From positions 14,313,333 through 14,377,332 of the forward strand of contig JARFYF010000058.1 of assembly GCA_030265395.1 (NCBI GenBank): a DNA stretch of 64,000 nt. The letters run 5' to 3'. How positions within the stretch are numbered: position 1 is the first letter of the stretch; every line of letters starts with the position of its first letter. The translations under genes were made by a program, and so were the position numbers. The notes below the pieces were generated by a model, which saw only the letters and a list, made by a program, of their open reading frames with translations, was not told where the DNA came from and made no database searches. The stretch is from Rhina ancylostomus (lineage: Eukaryota). Positions 38,550-50,165 of the stretch are shown one piece after another.

Positions 38550-39295
38550 CTGTATTGTTATTGATACATGTATTGAGACACAGCGAAAAGCTTTTGTTTT
38601 GTGAGCCATCCAGACAGATCATGCCATACATAAGTACATCAAGGTATTAAAAAGAAAANNNNNNNNNNNNNNNNNNNNNNNNNNNNNNNNNNNNNNNNNN
38701 NNNNNNNNNNNNNNNNNNNNNNNNNNNNNNNNNNNNNNNNNNNNNNNNNNNNNNNNNNAAAAGAAAACAGAATGCAGAATATAGTATTGCAGTTACAGAG
38801 AAAATGCAGTGCAGGTAGACAAATAAAGTGCAAGGGTCACAATGAGGTAGGGTGAGAGATCAAGAATTCAAGAGTTCATCTTTTAGCCTATGAGAGGTCC
38901 ATTCAGAAGTCTGAAGACAGTGGGATAGAAGCTGTCCTTGAGACTGGTGGTTCATGCTCTCAGGGTTTTGTATCTTCTGCCTGATGGGAGAGCAGAGAAG
39001 AAGGAATGACTGTGGTGGGAGGGGTCCTTAATTATGTTAGTTCCTGTCCCAAGGCAGTGGGAAATGTAGTTGGAGTCAATGGAGTGGAGGTTGGTTTGCA
39101 TGATGGACTGGGCTGCATTCACAACTCTCTGCAATTTCTTACTGTCTTGGGCAGAGCAATTACCATACCAAGCTGTGATGCATCTGGATAAGATGCTTTC
39201 TACAGTGCATCTATAAAAATTGGTGAGGTTCATTGGGGACATGCTGAATTTCCTCAGCCACCTAAGGAAATAGAAGTGTTGATGTGCTTTGCTAG
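38550..39295 (-). mobile_element. Rex1/Babar-type non-LTR retrotransposon, 5'-truncated
   Basis: ORF 38952-39242: LTNFYRCTVESILSRCITAWYGNCSAQDSKKLQRVVNAAQ...IIKDPSH...LPSGRRY, the typical Rex/Babar C-terminus, followed by its 3'UTR. Confidence 0.85.
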
Positions 39296-39515
39296 CGAAT
39301 CTTTGGAATTCTTGCCCAAGAGGTGCATGAGAGGCTCATTTGATGATTATATTCATGACAGAGATTGATAGATTTTTGATTATGAGGGGAATCAAGAGAT
39401 ATGGGATTAGTTCAGAAAAGCAACACGAAGATGAAAGATCAGCCATGATTGTACTGGGTTGATAACCACTTTAAATTGGATGAGGCCCAACTGAGTACAC
39501 GTTTCTATGTTTAAA
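39296..39515 (+). mobile_element. CR1-type LINE 3' end (continuation of 38100-38545)
   Basis: GAATCTTTGGAATTC...GAGATTGATAGATTTTTG...GGAATCAAGAGATATGGG...GATCAGCCATGAT. Confidence 0.7.
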
Positions 39516-39860
39516 TCACCATAATGCTGATTTGGACATGTTTCTCTCCAACTATATGGTTTTTTTTGCTGGTGATCTGAATGGACGTTAGTACCAAACA
39601 CAGCTCTGGTTCAGCAAAAGCAAAAAAGGATGAAATCCAATTTCTAAGCAACTAGTCCTTAAATTAATTCATTTTTCTGCTAAAAGAATTTCATACAAAG
39701 ACATGAAAACAATTGCATGACATGATTTCACATCTGATATATTATAAGCTTAAAATGCCACTCAAAAATAAATCCCTTGAAAACACATGCTTTATAAATC
39801 ATTTTGACAAAGGTTTAATGATAATAAATGAGTATTTAACATAGTGTTTTACTGACTTGG

Positions 39861-39866
39861 TTTATT
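39861..39866 (-). other. Candidate MEOX1 polyadenylation signal (AATAAA)
   Basis: TTTATT on the plus strand about 440 nt past the stop codon, in AT-rich 3' sequence. No transcript evidence. Confidence 0.4.
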
Positions 39867-40306
39867 TTACATATGCCTAATATATGGTGGAAAAATTGCT
39901 ACTACAGAACTATCCACTTCCATTTCTTGGTTTTATCTCCGTATGTCTTTATGCTGTTAATTTAATGTGGTTTGACCCAATGTTTTTTTCTTATTATTTA
40001 TGCAACAAACCTGCAAGCTAAGTTTTCTTAAAAAAAAGCAAAATAAATGACAGTTTGTTGAAATGATTAATGAAACCATAGATTTCAAATCAGATTCTTT
40101 GCTATAATACAGAAACAAAACGTTCATGGTCGAGAATTGGGGTTCACTGAACTTTGGTTTCAAAGCTGAATGAGCCTAAACTGATGTTCCAAGATGTTCA
40201 AAGTTTCCTTTGAGGTTGGTCAAGTTGACACCTGATATTAAATAGGTGATATCATCCAACTTAAGCGCACTTTAGAGTCCAAATCTGATGGATATGGCCA
40301 ATGGAT

Positions 40307-40501
40307 TTATCTAATACTGTCCTGCATTGTTTCCTTACTGTCCACTAAACCCTCCAATTGGCTCTTTCCATCTATGTTCCTGAGATTTGCATCAGGAGTC
40401 ACGCAGTCCACATCGTCTGGTTCTTGACTCTGTGGTGAAATTGGTTGTCCACCTTTGACACGCTTCCACTTCATTCTTCTATTCTGGAACCAGACCTTTA
40501 C
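40307..40501 (-). CDS. MEOX1: MEOX1 coding exon 3 (homeodomain helix 3 and C-terminus), not in the ORF track
   Basis: Polypyrimidine acceptor ...TTTTTCTGTAG|GTA. Translates VKVWFQNRRMKWKRVKGGQPISPQSQEPDDVDCVTPDANLRNIDGKSQLEGLVDSKETMQDSIR* with TAA at 40309-40307. KGGQPISP is MEOX1-type. Total CDS 463+173+195 = 831 nt, in frame. Confidence 0.96.
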   Translation of the reverse strand, partial: VKVWFQNRRMKWKRVKGGQPISPQSQEPDDVDCVTPDANLRNIDGKSQLEGLVDSKETMQDSIR

Positions 40502-43500
40502 CTACAGAAAAAAGAATCAGAAATTATAGCTGCTCCTGTTGCTTCCCACATCATTCCCCCACCCCCTTACACACCATCCCAATCCCCAATAAATCACAGT
40601 TCATCAAAATTCCCCTCAGCCAAAATAGTTACCAGCCAATGTGATAATCACTCCATAATAGGGTGACTTACAAGCTGAACCATCAGAAAGTAACTTACCA
40701 GAACAAAACTTTCTGAACTTCTATGATCGTGGAGAAATTAAAATTTCATCAGGATCCCTGCTCTCAAACTTTCTTGCTTTCATTTCTATTTTCTTGGACT
40801 ATCTTTTAACTTCCTTCGTGAAGACACAGACTTGTCACAGGGCTACAGGTCTGCAAGTGCTGGTCATGTTGGTAATTATTCATATATGATTAGAAGATCC
40901 TGAGGGCAGGGATCTGGATTGGAAATATTGTCTGATTTCTCCCTCTGCCCCACTCCAACATATCCAATTGCTAATTTAAGTGCTATCACAAGAGCCATAT
41001 TGTCTTCCAAGCACCAGTTAATGCTGCAATAATTGAATCTGACAAATTCCAAAGCTTAAGGACCTCTGTTCCAGTCAGTACAAAGGAATAGCAAGGACAG
41101 GAATGAAATGTGGGCTCCATCATCATTATTGTTTTTATCTTTTTATTGATGGTTTACTTCTTTATTGTTGTTATTCTTTAACAAGTGTGGGGGTAGGTTG
41201 AGACTGGTTGGGGGAGCAGGAGAGCTCTCTTACCTTGTGAGCTTGTGGCAGTGTTTCAGTGCTTTGTTTAGAGAAGGCAATCAATGGAAACGTATAAACG
41301 CAGAAACCCATGTTAGCAAATACTACAGTTGTGTTGCATTGTGCTTTGGCGTGTGGATACAGTAACAGTGTGCACTGCATTCCAAACTAATGACAGAGTG
41401 GCAGAATTTTTTTTACTTATTGCTTCATATTTTGAAAACCAAAGCAACACCAGCTCTCTGGTTGAGACATCCTTTCTTAATTATGGGGATGCACCATATC
41501 AAACAGATGAACTGCCCTCAAATTATGGTTTCAAATTAATTTGGAATTTAATGGGTTAATTCTTACATCTGTGACTACATAGGGACTACATACCACTGGA
41601 ACAACAAATGCCATAACCAGCAGCTAGAGGTTTTGTAGAGTGATTAATCTGTAGTTTGCACAATAGTGTACTTATAAAACCAAATTCCTATTCCATGAAT
41701 AACTACTTTTCCACAAAACTCTTCACTTACCAGAAATTCATAGACTTCGTATGGAAGCAATATCATTATGGCATCTCCTCCCAGCTTGATGCTGGAAATG
41801 ATAGTGCAACAAAGAACTTTATGGTACCTTAAAAGCTATTGGACTGGCAAACTCTAATGTCTGCAAGTGAGTTAAAAATTGCAGTAGGGGCAGAGAGCAA
41901 TGTGAGAGGAAAAAATAGACTCAATTAATAGGAATTTGCACCTACAGAAATAAACAGAGCCAGTGCAAACAGGAAGCTGTTCCTGTTCTCCAATTCATTC
42001 AAAAGAGGTCTGGATTGGTCCACTGTTCAGAACAAATATAAGTTAATGTTTCTGGCGACTGGTCATGTTGTTTTCAATTTAGGAATTGCAACTCAGGTTC
42101 AAATTCCTGACTTCTTCTAAGAAGTTTCCCGTCTTCTGTTTTATTTTGTTGTTCTTACGGAACGGCAATTACCCTGAAATTTAATATGAATCTCCTTTTT
42201 TTCTCGTGTTCACAGATGTTGCTGTTAACTCACAGATCCACACAATTTGGATAACATTAATTTTAAATGCCTGTGATTCACACGGGATTCTTAAACACAG
42301 TTTTTCAAGAATTTTCCATGCGAACCTTGACATAAAAGAATAACAGGTGGTGGAAATGGCTTTGAAAATACTTTGTGAAATGTCAAAAGAAAATTCTTTT
42401 GTGATAAATACAAAGCTCTATTTTCCTTATGATTTCTCTGAAGAGTAGCTATCCTTTTCCTCTTTGCTCATCAGGGTAGCAACAAACCCTCTTTAAGCCA
42501 GGTCTCATAGTCAAAGAATCCATATTTTTTAAAGAGAAAAAATGTGGGACTTGAAATTCACGTTTTTCCGTTTCTCCAGTCCAGCTGTCGCTCACTCACA
42601 CAGAGCTGTTCACCCATTCAAATGATCTAACTGCAAATCACAACCAGTATTTAAAAATAAAAGAGCTATTTCTCTTAAAATGGGCAGAAGGTTATGGCCT
42701 GTTTTAGGAGGAATCAATTGTAACCAGATGCCACTCAAATGAGGCACAGCAGGTTTTATGTTGTTTTAGCACTTTTACTGCTGTGTATTGTTGGAGAGGT
42801 TGAATGTTTGGATGCAAACGTTTTTCACAAATGTCCTTCCTCAATAATAGCAAATATCTCAATCACTTTATTAACTTAAATCAAAATAGCCTTACATTTC
42901 TTTTGGCATTCTGTGTGCATTTTTCTCTTATTGCTGGTATTCTGGAATCTATTGCTTGTATAGATGTGAGGACAAGTTCTGTTGGTTACCTACTTTCTCG
43001 ACCACACACTTTTCTTCAGTTTACCCTTGGTTTCAGCCTTTCTCAGGTTATATTCAGAAAAAAGACACTTTGGTGCTGTTCCAAGGAATGTAGTTCAGCA
43101 CTTCAAAAATTTCCATTGCTAATCCTCAATATGAAGCCCAAAAATAATAACATTTGACATACCACATGATTACTGAGTTAGACTTGTACACTGTCTTGCT
43201 CAATCCCATTATGAGAGTGATATGGTAGAACATTCACCATTCTGCTCCAGGAACTGGATTTGAATTGCCTCTTCATCTGAAAAGGGACCAATCTCCCTTC
43301 ACTTTTACCTACAAGAATCCTACTTAGAACTAAACCCAGGCAGTCTTGAACAAGGTCTCTTGTGGCCATGAGCTCTCACTGTGAAACATGTAATTCAGAA
43401 CTAATTGGCTGTCTTAGACAGATGCTGGGGTAAAGTAAGGGAATTCCACACTTGTACAGTGTTCTACATCGTTGACCTTTCCTCACTTGGATTAACACAA

Positions 43501-43831
43501 ATTTGCTCCACCACATATCACATACAGGTTCCATCGTACTGTCTTGGTAAACATAGAACTCAGGCTCAAGGCCTTCTCTATGGGCAGCACAACTCTTGTC
43601 AACTTGTTTATCCCTAACATGCAGAAATCGGATTTCTCTGGCCAGAGAGAAGGCTCGTGCTCAAGGCCTTTAGTTTACCGCAGCAGCCAGCAACTGTTTC
43701 AGCAGCAGATTGAGAAGATGAAGATGAAGGGAAGGTTTGAATATACATAAAAAAGATAGAATAAATAAAACAAAATAAGATGCTTGTTTATTGGGTAGAT
43801 AGATGAATATTCAAAGAAATAAAATATTTAC

Positions 43832-44004
43832 CTGTCTTTCTGTAAGATCCAAGTTAACTGCTATCTCATATCGCCTCAGTCTGGTCAGATAATTATGATG
43901 AGCAAATTCAGCCTCCAGTTCTCGAATCTGTTCTTTAGTGAATGCTGTCCTTTCTTTCCTGGCCTTGTTGTTGGACTCTGACTTGTAATTTGAATCTTGA
44001 GTTT
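43832..44004 (-). CDS. MEOX1: MEOX1 coding exon 2 (linker and homeodomain helices 1-2 to start of helix 3)
   Basis: Acceptor TTGTGGCAG|AAACT and donor CAG|GTAAAT; 173 nt. Phase-1 join with exon 1 gives [58 protein letters not shown], the diagnostic MEOX homeodomain. Confidence 0.97.
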
Positions 44005-44429
44005 CTGCCACAAGTTATAACAGCGTATGGTTACAAATATTATCCATGCTTCCTTGAGTTCTGTGCTGTTTATGTATAAAATTCAACTTTGTAGATGTTA
44101 AAATGAGGTTCTCTCTCATTATTTCATTTATTAAGTAACAAAATTCAAAAGAACAGCAGGAAACTATCAGGGTCTCCTGGACAACATTCCACCCACAATT
44201 ATCTTCACCACTGCAATATATAGATTAATTGCAGTTTGTAAGATGGTATTAATATTGGTTTACTCAACATCTCAACACTTCATAAGCAATGTGTTGCCTG
44301 AAATCTTTGAGACAATTTGATCTTATAAAGTACTGAATCAATGGTTAAATTATTACTCGTAATTGGAGGTTAAACAACATTACCAAGTTAATTTAATTTA
44401 ATGGTTCAAATAACCACAGTAATTGGAAA

Positions 44430-44800
44430 CTTGCATTTATGTGGTGGTCTTTTGCATCCTCAAGATATCCCAAGGTATGTGAAAGTAAATGACTTATTTT
44501 TAAAGTACTGTCCTACTGAAAAATGGTGGCAGATTGTGCACAGTAGGATCTCAAAAAACCTATAACCTAAAACTGCCAGGACAATCCATTTGGAAATTGT
44601 TGGTTGAAGGATAAATATTACACTGCAGCTTGGGGAAAAATACACTTGCTCTTCTTCAAATGTTTTCATGGGATTTCAAAGTATTTTGAATGAACATTAT
44701 GAGAGCACCCTCTCTGTGGTGCTCTCATAATGTTCATTCAGAATACTGAACTCCAACAATTCAGCAGTAGAATGGAGTTCAAAGCCTCAAAACACAAAGA
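44430..44800 (-). mobile_element. DeuSINE-like element (MEOX1 intron 1)
   Basis: ACTTGCATTTAT tail, ATTGTGCACAGTAGGATC, GTTGGTTGAAGGATAAATAT and TTGCTCTTCTTCAAA. Confidence 0.6.
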
Positions 44801-44824
44801 TGAGAGTGAGCAAATATGTTACTT

Positions 44825-45240
44825 AAAGTGGCTCAATTGCTAATACTCAGTCAGAAAGTTGTGGGTTCAGTTTTGCTACTTCGGCTTAAGCACAAATTCT
44901 CAATGGATGCTCCTGTGCCATGCTGTGGATGTCCTGCATAGTTGGAGGTGCCACCTTTCAGATAGGAGATGGCAAACCAATACACTATCAGTTGTGAATC
45001 TCATATAATGGCCTGAAGAAATGCATAGTTGGTATGCCCATGGTCCTGCTCAATATTTATTCCTCAACCTTACCAAAACAGATTATCTAATCATTATCAC
45101 TGTTTGTGGGAACTCACTGTGTTCAAATTGGCGCTCCCCTCAATGTAAAAGTGAGTGCACTTTAAAAGCACATCACTGGCTGTAAGGCACTTGGGATGCC
45201 GTGGAAAAGATGGTGTTGAATAACTGAAGGTTGTTCTCTT
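44825..45240 (+). mobile_element. DeuSINE-like element, near full length
   Basis: tRNA-like head (AGTCAGAAAGTTGTGGGTTCA), GGAGGTGCCACCTTTCAGAT, CAATATTTATTCCTCAACC and ACAGATTATCT...GGCTGTAAGGCAC. Confidence 0.7.
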
Positions 45241-46108
45241 ATTAATCTGCAAGCATAATTTTATAATGTTTAATTTGACTAATGAATCAGATTAATCAGA
45301 TTGGGTGAATCAGATTAAAATTGTTCCCATTGTTGGTTAACATGGAGATGAGCCTATTTTGGGGCAATGTCTCCTGGCACTGAATTTCATCAGATGTTAA
45401 TGGGTGTTGCTTGCTTCACTCAACAATGATTTCAGTGCTGAACCAGGTTACATATCAAATGATGTTCAGCAGTTGATTGCAATATGGGACTAATTTTTGA
45501 ATTATAGTGCAATTAGATTGGGATTGCTTTGGCAATGGTCCAGCACAGACATCATGGGCCAAAGGGCCATATTCTTGGATCTAAACATCTATGGTCTTTG
45601 TGATTTTTATTTACATTTTCCTATTTGCAATTAATGAGCAGATGGTAATATAATGACAGCAGTGGGAGAGCTCTGATTGCACCTACAAAAATAAAAGAGC
45701 AATGTCAATCTCATTATATATAAGATAGAAACAGAAGAACAATCTGAATTAATTTGGAGATCACATCCTTAGGACCATTCAATGTACTTCACAGCAACCT
45801 AGCACTTTATTCAGAACTGAAGAAAATTTAAAGTTGCGGTTCTTATATCATTTAAAATTATTTCACATTTACTATTGGCTATGAAAACCTATCCCAATTT
45901 CTTAATGTGAGGGCAATTCCCCCATTATCCAAAGTTATTGATCTCCACTGCCAATACGTTCTAACTTTTTCTTTTCTGAAACATATATGGAAACAGTTAC
46001 TTGGGATCTGGCCATCTTGTTTCACCTCACTTCATGGCTATTTGACTGTTGACAGCTGTTGTCTTTCTGAGGTCTATGCACCTTTCACCAGATCTTAATT
46101 TTACCCTT

Positions 46109-46337
46109 AAAACATAACAGAAGTGCTGGAAATGCTCAGCAGGTCAGGCAGTATCAATGGAGAAAGAATCAATTAACGTTTCAGGCCAATGCCCCTTCAT
46201 CAGATCTTCAGTGCTGAAGAAAAGTAATTGACATGACACATTAACTCTGCTTCACTCTCCACAGATACTACCTGATCTGCTGAATATCTAATACATTTTT
46301 TGCTTTTATTTCAGCATTTTTTTTTGGCTTTTTGATG
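46109..46337. mobile_element. Fold-back Penelope-like element with head-to-head hammerhead-like cores and an 11-bp TSD
   Basis: Inverted arms; ATTTTACCCTT at 46098-46108 and 46338-46348. Confidence 0.7.
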
Positions 46338-46519
46338 ATTTTACCCTTTCCCAGTCCAAGTGTGCTGAAACCAATTATTGTAACCGTCACCTTAGGCTTT
46401 AACTTGGATCAGTGAATTAAGCACAACCATAACCGAGGTTCTCCTGATCTGTAAGGAGTATCATCAAGCTGGAGAGTTTGCCTAGCTTTATTCATGTCTG
46501 AAAACTGTCTTGGCTCAAC

Positions 46520-46900
46520 TTGAAGCACTCTTGCCCCTGACTCAGAGATCTGTGGAATCCACAAAACCTCAGAGATTTCAGCAGAAGTTCTAAGCAGACA
46601 CTCCAACACAGTACTAAAGAACTGCTCCACTGCCAGTTACATATAATTTTTAAGGTGGTCATATTGTATCCATATTCAGAGTTCTCCCTAATACCCTGGA
46701 CAATNNNNNNNNNNCTTTACACAAAGTCTATTACTAAAACATTATCTGGTCTTCAGCAGATTGCTGTTTGAGGGGCCTTGCTGAGATTGGTTGCACTACA
46801 CAACGACCACTTTCAAGAGGTTTTTTTCATTGGCTGTGCAATGCTTTGAGACATCCCATGGTCGTAAAAGGCAACATAAAAATGCAACTTCCTTCTTTCT
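46520..46900 (+). mobile_element. DeuSINE-like element
   Basis: TGACTCAGAGATCTGTGG head, ATTATCTGGTC and CATTGGCTGTGCAATGCTTTGAGACATCC...AAATGCAA tail. Confidence 0.6.
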
Positions 46901-49145
46901 TGCCAGCTGAAGATATACAAAGATGTTGGAGTTAAATGTTTAACTCCATAAAGCAGTGGGCTATTTGAAGTATAGCTTTAGTACTGTGGGCAAAAGCCAG
47001 AATCCCCAAATAAGGAGCAATCCATATAGTTCCATATTGCACAGAGCATGTGGAAGAATGGCATTGATTAAGGAAGGCATCTGTGTCCAGAAGGTGTAAA
47101 AACAATAAGACTTGTAATGCCAAACGTAGCAAGGAAGAAATTTATCTTAATTGCGATGACCTCAATCATGGCAGCATTCCAAATGCCATCTGCTTTTTAA
47201 AAAAATCATGCTATTTCCTCCATCAGTCCTTTTTGAAATCCACACTCCGAGTTACACATCTCCAGCACAAATAAAAAACAGAACTAAAAGGTGCAGCATG
47301 GCCCCGACGCACTGAACCATCAATATATTGACTCACTGGCTTGTTAAAGAGGAAATCCACCTTCAGAGCTGTAAGAGGTTTTATGGTAAGCGTTACTAAA
47401 TCTCCCATATGGAAAAGGAACTCTGATTGCAACAATACAAACTTGGCAAGAACAGTACCAAGCGAAAGCCAGGCTTCCTCTTGAATTGGAATAGGAAAAA
47501 AATTGGACAATCATTCTTTTGTGGACGTGTGCATAAATGTAAATGTGACCACTTTCAGAAGGGCAATTAAACACACCACATATTACACGTAATAGCACAT
47601 ACGCACGTATGTCCTTAATATTTTTAATGATTATGGGGGGGCATGTATATGACTCTGGATATAACACCTGATTACTATTCTGCTCTAAATTTTACAAGCT
47701 AGAGGGAAACAGATCAGTCTATTGTCCTCTCACCCACCAATGACGAAAGGATAGAAATATAGAAACATAGGAGCAGATTCAGGCCATTCTGCCATTCAAT
47801 ATGGTCATGACTGAACATCCATCTTAATACCAAACCCACTCCCTCTTCACATCCATGAAGCCCTTGTTGTCTGGATCAGGAACACTCACCGAACCAAGAA
47901 ACAGATGGAACATTCTTTGTTTCTCTCTCCACAGGCACTGCCTGATCTGTCAGGCACCCCCGGCATTTTCTGTTTCAATTAGGGGTAAAATCATTCCCTC
48001 TCAAGATCTCCAGCTGGTGATCCCGGTGAAAGATACATGAGGTCAGCACTGTCATCAGTCAAAGAGCAAAGAGATAAGATGAAAGAAGGCTATCAGGTCC
48101 CACGGTTCTGCTTCCATTTAGGATTCAGAAGGTGAAAAGTTAGAAAAAAGTTAAAATTGGAGGCTGAGGAAGAAAAAACAAGTCAAAAATTTAAAAGGAT
48201 TCTACCTGCATAAAAGTCTTTATAAAGCAGAGATGGCGTGACAGCTGATCTAGCTGGAGACAAAAATTCTATATGTTAGCAATTATGTCAATGTTACCAT
48301 GTGTGGAAAGGAAACTATTATTTCCCAGGCTGACATTTTCAATTATTTGGTATAATGACTGTCTTGTGAGTCTTTGTATAACTTGTCACAAGTACAGCAG
48401 AGGCTTTCTCCTAGGTGTTGCTCATTAAGTGTAGCATAAGCCAAGCATCAAAGAAGAAAATGCCTTTAGACCTCTTCCTCCATTGAAAATAACTAAAAAG
48501 AATCTTGCTTAGCTGTAATTCGTTTATTTTACTGAAATTAACCAAAATCCTCTTTTCCAGAAATCTACCTTCAAGGTGAACAAGATATCTGGATAAAAAG
48601 GGAATCAAGAAACATTAGGTTCTGGTGAGAATGTTGACTTGAGGTAGAGGAGCAGCTGTGATCCTATTGAATGGAGGAAGTAGTTCAAGGGCCCCTGTGA
48701 CATAATCCTGCTTTTTAAATATTCCTACATATTGCAAATACTTTCCACTGAATGTTAGGCTTCAATGGTTGGTGAAATTGGACAGCAGCAATCAGAATTC
48801 TATCATCACACGAACTGCAGTAGGATACAACAGAAGCCCATCACCACCTCCAAAGAACGACCAGGAGATGGACATTGAAATGTACTTTGCCTTCATGCCC
48901 TTACCCCAGAAACAAATGGAATGAACGATCCAAAGTGCAGCTCCTACTACACCAACTCTAACCATGCTTTCGTTCAACAACATTCCTCAGGCCCCAACCC
49001 CAACTTCTAATGAACACTTTCACTCTGCACCACAGTGACAAAATTTCCATACGGGCTGTCTTTTGTCTCTCTGAATGGCATTTCCAATTAGCACCAGCAT
49101 ATAGATGCTTCTCTCATCATCTTAGAATCAACTAGATTTGAACCC

Positions 49146-49190
49146 AAGTCCCCTGGGACAAAGGTCTCTGGGACAAAGTCCCCTGGGACA
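49146..49190. repeat. 3 x 15-bp tandem repeat
   Basis: AAGTCCCCTGGGACA / AAGGTCTCTGGGACA / AAGTCCCCTGGGACA. Confidence 0.9.
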
Positions 49191-49967
49191 ATCTCTGATC
49201 GAGACTGCTCATTAATACAATGGAACAGACTCTCAATTCTAATAGAGGTGTTGAGCTACTCATATTATAATATTTCCACTGAAACGGTAAGGAGAAAAAA
49301 ATGCTCTGGACACGTTAATCTTCTCAATGACAACAAGGATGACAATTATTTCCAGGACTGTAGAGGGGAAATGATTTTCACAATGTCCATTAGCTCATGA
49401 ATTGTTCTTCATTCCTTCAGATGCTAACAAGATACAATTATGAAAAGTCCAATCCTTTACCAATGGATATCAGTGGTGTGCTCCACCAGTCATGTCTTAC
49501 AAATAAAAGCATATAAATACCATGCAGTAAAAATTTACAATGTAAATGTACATCTGTCCTGAGGATGAACATAAAGTATTTCAAAGCATGAAATTCACAG
49601 CTAATCCAGAACAGTAGCCTATTAATAAAATCCACAACATTTAAACTTGCATTAGGAAAAAAATTACACTTTTTTCACAGACTTGATCAGAAATTGTTAC
49701 CAGATTACAAGTTCTGCAGTCCCACTGCCCTGTCAAATGTCATTTACTGAGACCGATTGCCAGCCATTAATTCAATTTTGTTCCATGTGGTTACTTAGCC
49801 AGCAGTAGGACACACTTCTGTGGATCATTCACTTCCCTCCTGACAGTTCTTCAGGTCAACGAGGATACCACTTTAACTTGCATCCACAAAGCAGTGCTGA
49901 TTCAGCAAGGAATGCAACCGTTAACAGATAAATGCCACTCCAACAGAAATGGGCAATAATGAGGGAT

Positions 49968-50165
49968 GAGCAACACACAAGATGCTGGAAGAACTCAGTG
50001 GTTCAAGCAGGAGGGAAATAGACATCAATGTCATCTGACGAAGGGTCTCAATCCAAAACATTGGCTGTCCATTTCCCTCCATAGATGCTGTCTGACCCAC
50101 TGAGTTCCTCCAGCATATCATGTGTTGCTCCAGATTCCAGTATTTGCAGTCTCTTGTGTCTCCAG
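49968..50165. mobile_element. Fold-back Penelope-like element
   Basis: GATGCTGGAAGAACTCAGTGG vs CCACTGAGTTCCTCCAGCAT inverted; central CTGACGAAGGGTCTCAATCC. Confidence 0.65.

Noticed and set aside
1-40000. Exons of the expected neighbour gene (ETV4 in bony vertebrates)
   Set aside because: No ETS-domain or other recognisable coding sequence was found by eye; short exons or exons in N gaps cannot be excluded.
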